Source: Alphaproteobacteria bacterium
GTDB taxonomy: Bacteria; Pseudomonadota; Alphaproteobacteria; UBA828
NCBI GenBank assembly: GCA_965214705.1
Contig: OZ243972.1
Span: 1,248,001-1,312,000, forward strand
Reading direction: 5' to 3'
Length of the DNA: 64,000 nucleotides
Part shown: one piece after another, positions 39,910-47,740 of the stretch
Position numbering within the stretch: the first letter of the stretch is position 1
Layout: each line of letters starts with the position of its first letter
The notes under the pieces: generated by a model
Told to the model about the DNA's origin: nothing
The model's database searches: none
The model's input: the letters and a program-made list of their open reading frames with translations, nothing else
Program-made: the position numbers and the translations under genes

Positions 39910-40926
39910 TCATTGCCGGTCTCCCACCCTGAGGGTGTCCTGCCAGTCGGCATCCGTTCCCGAGTCCGAGAGCGCCAGCCGTTTCTCGCGGCCCCCGTCG
40001 CTCACCAGGACGAGAGGCGTGTCGGCGAGGCGGTAGGCCCAGCGGCCGCCGGGTCCGCGCTCCGCCGCCAAGGGTCCCGGCGAGAGCAGGTGGGCGCGGG
40101 TCAGCAGCAGCAGGTCGCCGCCCCGGCGCCAGGCGCGGTCCCCGGCCGTGCCGCCCTCGATCGCCAGACGCTCGGCATCCGCAGGCACGGCGCCGCCGAG
40201 AAGTGCGAGCAGAACCGGATCGCCCGCATGGAAGCCGCGCGGGGCGGCGAGAACGCCCGGATCGGCGTTGGGCCCGGGAACGCCGAGGCGGATCTCCACA
40301 CGGAAGTCCGCGTCGGCGCCGGTGCCGCGCAGGCTGGCGACCACCGGCTCCGCGAGGCTCACGAGCTTCACCACCGCGTTGCCGCGCTGGTAGGCGGCGG
40401 CCGGCGCGAGATAGAGCAGATGGCTTGCCATAGGGCTGCCACCCGACACCTTCCCGCCGGTGTCGCTGTCTGCGCCCGGCGGCAGGAACCGGCGGTCGAC
40501 CAGCGCCTCCTCGATCGGCCATGGCGCGCCGGTGGAATCGGTGAACGAGAGGACGGTGACGTAGCCGCGCCTGAGCGCGATCTCCGGGACACTCGTGCCG
40601 GAGATCCCGCCGCCCTGCGCGCCGTCCAGCCGCACACGGCGGATGCGCCCCTGCGGCGCCTCCCCCGCGCCCCTTGCCGTGGCTTCCTGCGTCTCGCGCA
40701 GGATGCGCCCCAGAATCTCGATCTGCTCCTGCGTGAAGGGCAGCGCCGCCCGGCCCTGGCGGGCCGCGTCATCGTCGGTGAGCGCATGGGCGGACCAGGC
40801 GTCGACCGTCCGCTCCAGCGGCACCCCTGGGCCCCCAGGCGCCTTGTCCTGCGCCGCAGCGGGAGACGCGGCGAGCGTAGCCAACAATGCCGCAAGCGGC
40901 AGGGACGAGAGCGTTTGCATCCTCAT
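39910..40926 (-). CDS. dotH: DotH/IcmK/TraN outer-membrane core protein
   Basis: Start MRMQTLSS with signal peptide; PFTQEQI, GYVTVLSFTDSTGAPWPI, GNAVVKL, GPNA. In frame with upstream dotI, with no stop between them. Confidence 0.82.
   Translation of the reverse strand: MRMQTLSSLPLAALLATLAASPAAAQDKAPGGPGVPLERTVDAWSAHALTDDDAARQGRAALPFTQEQIEILGRILRETQEATARGAGEAPQGRIRRVRLDGAQGGGISGTSVPEIALRRGYVTVLSFTDSTGAPWPIEEALVDRRFLPPGADSDTGGKVSGGSPMASHLLYLAPAAAYQRGNAVVKLVSLAEPVVASLRGTGADADFRVEIRLGVPGPNADPGVLAAPRGFHAGDPVLLALLGGAVPADAERLAIEGGTAGDRAWRRGGDLLLLTRAHLLSPGPLAAERGPGGRWAYRLADTPLVLVSDGGREKRLALSDSGTDADWQDTLRVGDRQ
40588..40604 (+). repeat. 15-bp family unit in dotH (SGTSV)
   Basis: GACACTCGTGCCGGAGA. 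Confidence 0.78.
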
Positions 40927-41610
40927 GTCCCCGCTCCGCGGCCCGAGGGTCTCTGGCCCGAGAGGTCTCTGGGCCGAGGCTCCCTTGCCGGCGATGAGCT
41001 GCTCGATGGCGATCCCGGCGGGGCGCTCGTCGAGCGGCACCCGCATCACCAGCACCTGCGCGACCAGCTCCTGGCTGACGCGGCGCGTTCCGGCCGAGAA
41101 GGTGACCAGCAGGGGGAACTCGACGGCCCAGCCGACGCGGCCCGCGAAGAAGCGCGTGTCCACGATCACAGGCGCGCCCTGGGCCACCGCCGAGGCCACC
41201 TGCAGGTTGCCGCGCAGCCGGTCGAGGAAGAGGCTCTCGTCGAGGCCCTTGAGGAACGACTCGTAGCCCGAGTCCGTAAAGTACTCGCGGATGCCCGACA
41301 GCCTGAGCCGCCAGTCGTGGTGGCCGAGGGTGAAGGCCTCGGTCACCGCCGACACGGTCCAGTTCCTGAGCGCCGCGTCCGACATGATCGGCTCGTCGAG
41401 CGGGGTGAGGCGCACCAGCCGCCCGTCCGGGGTCGCGGCAACCGCGATGTAGACCGTCGAGTGCATCCAGACGTAGCCCGCAAAGGCGCAGGCCGTCAGC
41501 ACGTTGCAGGCGAGCAGCCAGCCGGCCGCCCGGCGCCAGCCGTGGTGCTGGTCGCGGTGGAACGCGAATCTCTTGGCCGCCGCGCGCACGGCCTGCAGGC
41601 GGCTACTCAT
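40927..41610 (-). CDS. dotI: DotI/IcmL/TraM protein (reads through into dotH)
   Basis: Start MSSRLQ at 41610; TM; ATPDGRLVRLTPLDEP, W...AVTEAFT, YFTDSGYESF, GIAIEQ. Confidence 0.82.
40940..40979 (-). repeat. 15-bp family array at the dotI/dotH junction (one unit 16 bp)
   Basis: GGCCCGAGGGTCTCTGGCCCGAGAGGTCTCTGGGCCGAGG. Confidence 0.8.
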
Positions 41611-42595
41611 GGCCGTCTCCCACCCGAGGGTCTCGGGGCCGAGGCTCTCCGGCACGAGTGTCTCCCACCCTGAGGGTGTCCTTGAGCCAGGCGCCGACGT
41701 CGTCGATGTCGCCGATCCGGCGTCCGACCGTGCCGTCCCTGCCGCGCCAGGCGATGAGCGGCACGCCGCTCGCGCCCCATCGGTCGAGCAGCGCGTTGTT
41801 GCGGGCGATCCGTTCCGCGCCGGTCTCCGGCCCGAGGGTCTCCGGCACGAAAGTCTCCGGCCCGAGTGTCCGGTCGGCCGTGCCGCCGCCCTCGAACCAT
41901 GCTCGGGCCGGGTCGGGGTGTGCCGCGATCGCCACCGCGCGGCGCGCGGCGTCCGCGCCGAGTACCGCCACCGGCACGACGCGGAGCTGCAGCCGTCCTT
42001 CAAGCGCCGCCCGGCCGAGCCTCGCCGCCGCCGAGCGGGACCACGAACAAGTCGCATCGCCCAGCAGAACGACCACGGGTCCGCGTGTGCCGAGGGTGAA
42101 TCCGAAGGCCGATGCGGAGCGCTCGAACAGCCCTGACAGAGAGACTGCCGGAGAGAGGCTGCCCGAGCTCTCGATCTCGGCATGCGCGCTAAGCGCCGCC
42201 GCACCGGATCTCTCCGCCGCGCCCCTGTCGACCCTGCGCCCGGCATCGACAGCGGGGCGGGCCGCCGCGAGCTGAGCGCCGGTGATCTCCGTCCCGTCCG
42301 GTCCGTAGAGCAGGCCCGCGACCGCGTGGCCGTCCCCGGTGACGTAGAGGCCGTAGCCGGTGCCCACCGCCGGCGTGACGAAGTAGCCGTCGAGCCCGCC
42401 GCGCGAACCGAGCGCGAGAACCTCCGCGCCGTTGGCGCGCAGCGCCGAGACCAGACCCTCGGGCCGGAGACCCTCGGGCCGGAGACCCTCGGGCCGGAGA
42501 CCCTCGGCCTCGCCCCCGGCCGCGACCGCCTTTCCCGCCGCCACCGACGCGGCCAGGAAACCAGCCAACAAGATATGTCTGAGCCGGTCCTTCAT
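41603..42595 (-). CDS. DsbC/DsbG-like thioredoxin-fold protein (IncI TrbB-like), CxxS variant
   Basis: Signal peptide; YVTGDGHAVAGLLY, DATCSWS, VPVAVL, NNALL...GVP. Confidence 0.7.
   Translation of the reverse strand: MKDRLRHILLAGFLAASVAAGKAVAAGGEAEGLRPEGLRPEGLRPEGLVSALRANGAEVLALGSRGGLDGYFVTPAVGTGYGLYVTGDGHAVAGLLYGPDGTEITGAQLAAARPAVDAGRRVDRGAAERSGAAALSAHAEIESSGSLSPAVSLSGLFERSASAFGFTLGTRGPVVVLLGDATCSWSRSAAARLGRAALEGRLQLRVVPVAVLGADAARRAVAIAAHPDPARAWFEGGGTADRTLGPETFVPETLGPETGAERIARNNALLDRWGASGVPLIAWRGRDGTVGRRIGDIDDVGAWLKDTLRVGDTRAGEPRPRDPRVGDGHE
41615..41682 (-). repeat. About 4 x 15-bp family array at the 3' end of the trbB-like gene
   Basis: GTCTCCCACCCGAGG GTCTCGGGGCCGAGG CTCTCCGGCACGAGT GTCTCCCACCCTGAGGGTGTCC. 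Confidence 0.85.
41822..41871 (-). repeat. 3 x 15-bp family array in the trbB-like gene (TLGPETFVPETLGPET)
   Basis: GGTCTCCGGCCCGAG GGTCTCCGGCACGAA AGTCTCCGGCCCGAG TGTCC. Confidence 0.88.
42453..42507 (+). repeat. 3.5 x 15-bp perfect array in the trbB-like gene (GLRPE x3)
   Basis: (AGACCCTCGGGCCGG)x3 AGACCCTCGG. Confidence 0.92.
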
Positions 42596-43098
42596 GGCTT
42601 GCCTCCTCCTTCCGCCGGAGCCGGCAGCCGGTGGGTCACGACCAGCGCCGTCCCGCCCTCGGACCGTGCTGCCGCCGGCGCATGCGGCAGATGCGACAGG
42701 CCCCGGAACAACGCCTGCACCGCGTCCATGAACCCGCCCTCGAAGGCGGCCGCTCCGTCCAGGCGCCAGCCGCGGTCGGTCAGGAACAGCACCTCCACGT
42801 CGGCCCGAACGCCCCAGCGCGCCAGCACCTCGCGCAGCCTCTCTCCGGCATGCACACGCCAGACACTCGTGCCGGAGACACTCGTGCCAGAGACACTCGT
42901 GCCGGAGACATCCCGGCCGGGAACGGGGGCGGGCTCGATGTCCGCCGCGGCGGCGCCTGTGCTCCCGTCCCGTGCGTCCGCCTGGCGCGCTGGCACCTCC
43001 GCCTGCGCGGCGTCCGTCTCCGGCGGCACGTAGCGGAACCCGGCCGAGGCCGGCGCCGCCGACACCGCGAGAAGCAGAACCGTGAGTGCCGCCCCCAT
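42592..43098 (-). CDS. TcpQ-domain (PilL-like) secreted protein
   Basis: Start MGAALTVLLL; WRVHAGERLREVLARWG...FEGGFMDAV. Confidence 0.7.
   Translation of the reverse strand: MGAALTVLLLAVSAAPASAGFRYVPPETDAAQAEVPARQADARDGSTGAAAADIEPAPVPGRDVSGTSVSGTSVSGTSVWRVHAGERLREVLARWGVRADVEVLFLTDRGWRLDGAAAFEGGFMDAVQALFRGLSHLPHAPAAARSEGGTALVVTHRLPAPAEGGGKP
42861..42910 (+). repeat. 3 x 15-bp array in the TcpQ-domain gene (VSGTS x3)
   Basis: (AGACACTCGTGCC[G/A]G)x3 AGACA. Confidence 0.92.
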
Positions 43099-43502
43099 CA
43101 CCCGAAGTCGGTGAAGCGGCGCAGGCGCGAGGCGTGGAGCGCCCGGCGGCGCCCGGCGCTCAAGCCGCGCAGCGCCCGCACGGCGGCGCGGAATCGGTAG
43201 CCCCGCGCTTCCGCCGCCCGGCAGCCCAGCATCGCCGCGACGACCGCCGCCGTCGTCCACCAGGTCGGCAGGAACAGCCACGGCACCGCCAAAACCAGCA
43301 GGCGGGCGTCGAAGACCCACGCCCTTACCGGGCGCATCGAATCCCGCCACGCCACAGGGGACCCTCGGGCCGGAGAACTCCCTGGTCCAGGGGACCCTCG
43401 GGCCGGAAAACTCCCTGGTACAGGGGACCCTCGGGCCGGAGAACTCCCTGGTACAGGGGACCCTCGGGCCGGAGAACTCCCTGGCACCTCGTTCGTCTTC
43501 AT
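43098..43502 (-). CDS. icmT: IcmT/TraK family protein with a repeat-derived N-terminal extension
   Basis: WRDSMRPVRAWVFDAR...GY.F.AA.R.LR; preceded by 4 x (VPGSSPARGSP). Confidence 0.8.
   Translation of the reverse strand: MKTNEVPGSSPARGSPVPGSSPARGSPVPGSFPARGSPGPGSSPARGSPVAWRDSMRPVRAWVFDARLLVLAVPWLFLPTWWTTAAVVAAMLGCRAAEARGYRFRAAVRALRGLSAGRRRALHASRLRRFTDFG
43355..43487. repeat. Tandem array of 4 x 33 bp (CAGGGGACCCTCGGGCCGGAGAACTCCCTGGTA)
   Basis: Units start at 43355, 43388, 43421 and 43454, with at most one or two mismatches and no spacers. Confidence 0.95.
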
Positions 43503-43517
43503 GCCGCTCTCCCTTTC

Positions 43518-44696
43518 TCATGCCCTGCTGCTCCCTCCGGCCTTGTCTGCTGCCACCCCGGCCCTCTCGTTGCCGGCGAGGATCCGCCTGAGCCCGTCCT
43601 CCGCGATCAGCCCCCGGTCGCGCGCCTTCCTGGCGGCCGCCGCGAGATCGTTGCCGGTGGCAGCCAACGCCGTGCCGATCGTCGCGGGCCATGTGGCCTG
43701 CGGGCTCTCCAGAAGCGCCGCCTTGAGGTGGGCGTCGAAGGCGAGCCACTCGCGAACGGCCGTGCGCCCGCCTTGCGGATTGGGCAGCAGCACCTGGGTC
43801 ACCACGAGAGTCATGGCGTCGATCAGCGCCGCGCCACGTTCGGCCCGCTCGTGTGCGGGGAACTCCGCCAGCATGCGCCGCACCGTCGCCGCCACCCCGA
43901 TGGTGTGGGCGGTGGAGAACACGGCAATGCCGCAGTCGGCCGCCCGCACCACGGCCTCGACCGTCTCCCGGTCGCGCGCCTCGCCCACGATCACGGCCGC
44001 GGGGCGGCGCCTCAGGCTCGACCTGAGTCCGTCGCCGAAACTCGGGAAGTGGCGGGGGATCTCGGCCGAGGACATCAGCGCGGTGTCCGTGGCGATTCCG
44101 TCGAAGACGTACTCGATCGGCGCCTCGTAGGACTGAATGCGCCCGGCGCCCCGCTCCAGCAGACGCCGCGTGCCGGCGGCGAGCAGGGTGGACTTGCCCG
44201 ATCCCGGCACGCCGGTGACCAGGGTGAGCCCCCTGCAGAGGTCCCACGAGCGCACGATCTCGTCCTCGATGCCGAGATCGCCGAAACTGGGCGGCCTGCC
44301 GGGCAGCACGCGAAGCGTGATGTTGACCGCGAACCCGGCCGCGCCCTGGACGGGCGCGAGGTTGCAGCGGAAGCGCTGCGAGAGGCCACGCGCCAGCCGG
44401 ATCGAGTGGGAGCAGTCGATGGCGCGGCCCGAGCGCAGGATGCCCTCGCCGGTGGCGTCGTAGAGGCGGTTGCAGAGCGCCCCCATGACCACGCCGTCCA
44501 GCGGCGCGGCGGTGACGCGCGAAAGCCGTCCATCGATCTCGAGGAAGGCGGGCGAGCCGGTCTGGAAGGCGATGTCGGAGGCGCCGCGGTCCGAAGCCCA
44601 CAAGAGGAAGCTGTCCAGCCCCTCGGCCGGGAAGCCGTGCGCGGCTTCCGGCCACCAGGCCGTCCGGTCGCTCTGCGCGTCGGGCCACGGCCTCAT
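43518..44696 (-). CDS. dotB: DotB/TraJ PilT-like ATPase
   Basis: Start MRPWPDAQ; ASDI, RFRCN, GVPGSGKST, EAPIEY, LRRRP...VGEARD, TAH. Confidence 0.88.
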   Translation of the reverse strand: MRPWPDAQSDRTAWWPEAAHGFPAEGLDSFLLWASDRGASDIAFQTGSPAFLEIDGRLSRVTAAPLDGVVMGALCNRLYDATGEGILRSGRAIDCSHSIRLARGLSQRFRCNLAPVQGAAGFAVNITLRVLPGRPPSFGDLGIEDEIVRSWDLCRGLTLVTGVPGSGKSTLLAAGTRRLLERGAGRIQSYEAPIEYVFDGIATDTALMSSAEIPRHFPSFGDGLRSSLRRRPAAVIVGEARDRETVEAVVRAADCGIAVFSTAHTIGVAATVRRMLAEFPAHERAERGAALIDAMTLVVTQVLLPNPQGGRTAVREWLAFDAHLKAALLESPQATWPATIGTALAATGNDLAAAARKARDRGLIAEDGLRRILAGNERAGVAADKAGGSSRA

Positions 44697-45523
44697 CGGG
44701 CGCCTCCCGCCGGCGGCGCCCAGCGCCGGGCATCGAGTTCGAACCGCGCCGGACCGACGATGCGCACGGTCGCCGTGCCGATCCGCATCAGGCTCTCGTG
44801 GCCCGAAACCCCGGACCGCTCGATCTCGATGCCGGGCGCGGTGACCCTGGCGGCGCGGCGGAGCCGGTGCCAGAGAATGACGCCCTCGAAGGTGCGGCTG
44901 AGGCGGTCGAGATCGGCGGCGAAGATGTCGTCGGCAAGCGCGCGCCCTTGCGCCCAGCCATCGGCCAGCAGGCGGCGCCAGCGGGCGTCCTCGCCGCGAT
45001 CGCGCGGGAACAGGACTGAAGCCGGCGGCTCGGCCGGCTGCCACGCACGCCGCAGCCAGTCGCGCCAGTCGGGCGCCGCACTCACCAGCCGGGCCGGCTC
45101 GACGATCCTGAGCATCCTCTCGGCGCTCGCCGCTTTCACCCCGGCCCGTTCCAGCCGGAAGGCCCGGCGGGTCTCGGCCACGACCGGCGGCAGCACCGTG
45201 AACCCGTCCTGGCGCAGCGCCAGGTCTCCGAAGCGGTAGATGGCGCCGAGCCTCGCGGCATGCCGGTCCAGCATCGCCTCGATCTCCCAGGCGCGGCGGG
45301 CCAGCCCCGCGCGCGAGCCGAACCCCAGTGCGGCAAGCCGCACGGCGGTCGCACGCTTCTCGGCGGCGAAGGAGATCTCGGGTCCGGCCTCCGGCACGAA
45401 TTCCTGAAGCGACGCGAGGTCCATGGGCTCCGCTGTTGCTGCGCCGGCGGCCGGAACCGGGGCGGCCAGAACTGCGATGGGCACGAAGACCGCCGCGGCA
45501 ATGAGCGAAGGGCGCCCCCGCAT
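44693..45523 (-). CDS. dotC: DotC/TraI family protein
   Basis: AALGFGSRAGL, YRF..L, VLPPVV, APDWRDWL, GWAQG...A..IF...L.RL.R.F.G. Confidence 0.85.
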   Translation of the reverse strand: MRGRPSLIAAAVFVPIAVLAAPVPAAGAATAEPMDLASLQEFVPEAGPEISFAAEKRATAVRLAALGFGSRAGLARRAWEIEAMLDRHAARLGAIYRFGDLALRQDGFTVLPPVVAETRRAFRLERAGVKAASAERMLRIVEPARLVSAAPDWRDWLRRAWQPAEPPASVLFPRDRGEDARWRRLLADGWAQGRALADDIFAADLDRLSRTFEGVILWHRLRRAARVTAPGIEIERSGVSGHESLMRIGTATVRIVGPARFELDARRWAPPAGGAR

Positions 45524-46038
45524 CACCCGTCCTCCCCGGGCGCCGGCACGGCTTCGGGTGCGGCCCAGTCGAGAAGGATCGTTTCGCGGGCAGCGTCCAC
45601 CGTGAGCGTCGCGGCTGTGCCGGCGCGGAGCCCGGCGTCCCGCAGGACGGCGATCAGCGGCTTCCCGTCCGCCTCGACGGCGACGATCAGCGGCCGCGCC
45701 GGCGGGCGCCCGGCCACGAGAAAGCGGTAGCCCGCGCGGCGCGCCAGCGCCGCCGCCAGCGTCTCGAGCGGCCCGGCCCAGTCGAGCGTCACCGGCCGGC
45801 GCAGGGCCTCCGGCACGCTGTCGAGGCCGGGCAGTGCGGCCTCCGGGTCCGGCGCGGGCAGCGTCCGGGCGAGCGAGGCCAGCGCGCGCTCCGCGCGTTC
45901 CGCCGCCTCGACGAGACGCATCTCCGCCGGATCGACCGGCAGGGCCGCCGGCGCGGGCAGGGGCGCTTCCGGCGCCCACATGCAGCCCGCGAGCGCGGCC
46001 GCGCACAACGCCGGCGGCATCGCGGCGAGCAGCCTCAC
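45523..46038 (-). CDS. dotD: DotD/TraH lipoprotein
   Basis: Lipobox LAGC; L.EAA..A...L..LA, VTLDWAGPLE, GYRF, LRDAG. Confidence 0.85.
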   Translation of the reverse strand: MRLLAAMPPALCAAALAGCMWAPEAPLPAPAALPVDPAEMRLVEAAERAERALASLARTLPAPDPEAALPGLDSVPEALRRPVTLDWAGPLETLAAALARRAGYRFLVAGRPPARPLIVAVEADGKPLIAVLRDAGLRAGTAATLTVDAARETILLDWAAPEAVPAPGEDG

Positions 46039-47348
46039 CAGCCGGCTCCGCCGGGGTCGTCCACCACCAGGTGGCGGTTCGCCGGGTAGGCTCGGGCCGA
46101 GAGCGTCCGGCGCGTCGCAGGACCGCTCAGCAGCAGGTCGGCGGCCTCCAGGAAGCCGCCCTCGAAGCGCGCCGCCGCGCCCAGGCCGTAGTCGCGCCCC
46201 GCGTTCCAGACCAGCGTCCAGCCCGCGCCGGCCGCCCAGCTTTCCAGCACGCCGCGCAGCGTCCCGTGCTTCTCCGGATCGACGGTCCAGCTCTCGCCGC
46301 CCGTGTCGGGCTCGCCGGCGGCAGGCTCATCGCCCGCGCCCTCTTGCGTGCCCGTCCTCTCGATGTCGGCACCGGCCGCCGGGCTGCGCTGCGCGAGGTC
46401 CCAGTAGCGGTGGAAGACCACGGCGCCGTCCTCAGGCACGAGTGTCTCCGGCCCCAGGGTCTCCGGCACGAGGGTCTCCCAGGACCAGTCGTAGCCGCTG
46501 AGCGAGGCGACGCGGTCCAGCAGCCCGGACAGCGGTCCCTGCCAGGCGAGGCGAAGCGGCGGGGGATCGTCGAGGACCGCGGCGCCGCCGGCGATGCGGG
46601 CCGGCCGCTCCTCGATCCGCATCTCGATGTCCGCGAGCGAAGACAGACGCCTCACCAGCGCCGGGAAGGGCAGGCTCTCGCCCCCTTCGAACGAGACCTC
46701 CCGTGCCCCGAGGGCGGGAGGCAAGGCCACCGGCACGGGCGCCAGCTCGGTCGCCCGAAGCGGTGCCGGTTCCCCGCTGCCGGGGACGGCCGGCCGGGGA
46801 ACGGCCGTCACGTCCCGCGCGTCCGCGGTCCGAGGGTCACCGGCACGAGTGTCCCCCGCCAGGGCGACCCCGAAGTTCATGCAGAGGAACACCGCGGCGG
46901 CGCCCGCGCACATGCCCGGACCGAGCGGCACCAGGCCCTTGCGGAAGGGCCGGCCGCGCTTCTTCTGCATGCAGTATCGGTGAGCGAGCGCGAAGCCGGA
47001 GCCCAGCAGCATGGACCAGGCGAGGCCCGTGACGCCGAGCAGGAAACCCATAGCCCCCAGCATCATCGCGTCGCCCGGATAGAGCGGCCAGCGCTTGCCG
47101 CACCACTGCGCCAGCGCGATCGGCACCATCGCGGCGGCCACGCCCAGCGACGCCCCGAGCACGGCGCTCACCAGTCGCGGCCAGGCGCCGCCGGACTCGG
47201 TCCCCGCGCTTCCCAGGAAGCGCCACGCGGCGGCCGCGCCGAGCAACGCCAGCACCATGCGCGGATCCACCATGGCGCGGCGCGCGTCATGGACGGCGAT
47301 TGCCGCCATCGCCGCGAGCACGGCGCCTGCGAGTATCGCGTCGGTCAT
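46035..47348 (-). CDS. Prepilin peptidase (A24, PilU-like) fused to a PilL/TcpQ-like periplasmic domain
   Basis: N-terminal VHDARRAMV, PGDAMML and VPLGPGM; C-terminal WQGPLSGLLDRVA and TLRGVLESWA..AGW.LVW...FEGGF. Confidence 0.7.
   Translation of the reverse strand: MTDAILAGAVLAAMAAIAVHDARRAMVDPRMVLALLGAAAAWRFLGSAGTESGGAWPRLVSAVLGASLGVAAAMVPIALAQWCGKRWPLYPGDAMMLGAMGFLLGVTGLAWSMLLGSGFALAHRYCMQKKRGRPFRKGLVPLGPGMCAGAAAVFLCMNFGVALAGDTRAGDPRTADARDVTAVPRPAVPGSGEPAPLRATELAPVPVALPPALGAREVSFEGGESLPFPALVRRLSSLADIEMRIEERPARIAGGAAVLDDPPPLRLAWQGPLSGLLDRVASLSGYDWSWETLVPETLGPETLVPEDGAVVFHRYWDLAQRSPAAGADIERTGTQEGAGDEPAAGEPDTGGESWTVDPEKHGTLRGVLESWAAGAGWTLVWNAGRDYGLGAAARFEGGFLEAADLLLSGPATRRTLSARAYPANRHLVVDDPGGAGW
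46431..46479 (-). repeat. 3 x 15-bp array in the PilL-like domain (ETLVPETLGPETLVPE)
   Basis: CTCAGGCACGAGTGT CTCCGGCCCCAGGGT CTCCGGCACGAGGGT CTCC. Confidence 0.88.
46821..46854 (-). repeat. 2 x 15-bp units at the peptidase/PilL junction (GDTRAGDPRTAD)
   Basis: GTCCGCGGTCCGAGG GTCACCGGCACGAGT GTCC. Confidence 0.78.
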
Positions 47349-47740
47349 GGCTGCACCTCTTCCGCCTGCTCGTCATCCGCCTCGGCCGCCTCCCCGAAGG
47401 TCGCGGGTAGCGCCCGGCACCAAGGCTTCACGGCCGGATCGACGCAGAGCTCCGCAGCCAGCACGGCAGGCCCGGCAGCGCCTTCGGCGCGCTCGCGGTT
47501 CCACGCCAGCAGCGCCGCCTGGGCCTGGCCGAGCCCCCGCAACAGGCGGATCTCCGCGCGCAGCCGTTCCAATTCGATGAACGCCCGCTCGCTGTCCCAG
47601 GCTTCGCCGCGACTCACCGAACTCTCGCTCTCGCCCCAGACCGGCAGCGGCCGTCCAACAACCGCCAACGCGGCAATCAGCCCGATCGCCAGAACCCGGC
47701 CCGCGACTCCCTTCACCGGCTTTTTCCGTGCCATGCTCAT
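47345..47740 (-). CDS. Hypothetical small secreted/coiled-coil protein of the pilus operon
   Basis: Start MSMARKKPV with a hydrophobic signal; translationally coupled to both neighbours. Confidence 0.5.
   Translation of the reverse strand: MSMARKKPVKGVAGRVLAIGLIAALAVVGRPLPVWGESESSVSRGEAWDSERAFIELERLRAEIRLLRGLGQAQAALLAWNRERAEGAAGPAVLAAELCVDPAVKPWCRALPATFGEAAEADDEQAEEVQP

Noticed and set aside
41822-42910. Clusters of BsaI sites (GGTCTC) as evidence of a synthetic construct or assembly artefact
   Set aside because: The units are degenerate, mixed and mostly frame-preserving in native genes, which fits natural evolution; read support should still be checked.
43355-43487. 4 x 33-bp array as a CRISPR array
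   Set aside because: The units are head-to-tail with no unique spacers, lie in frame within icmT, and no cas genes are present.
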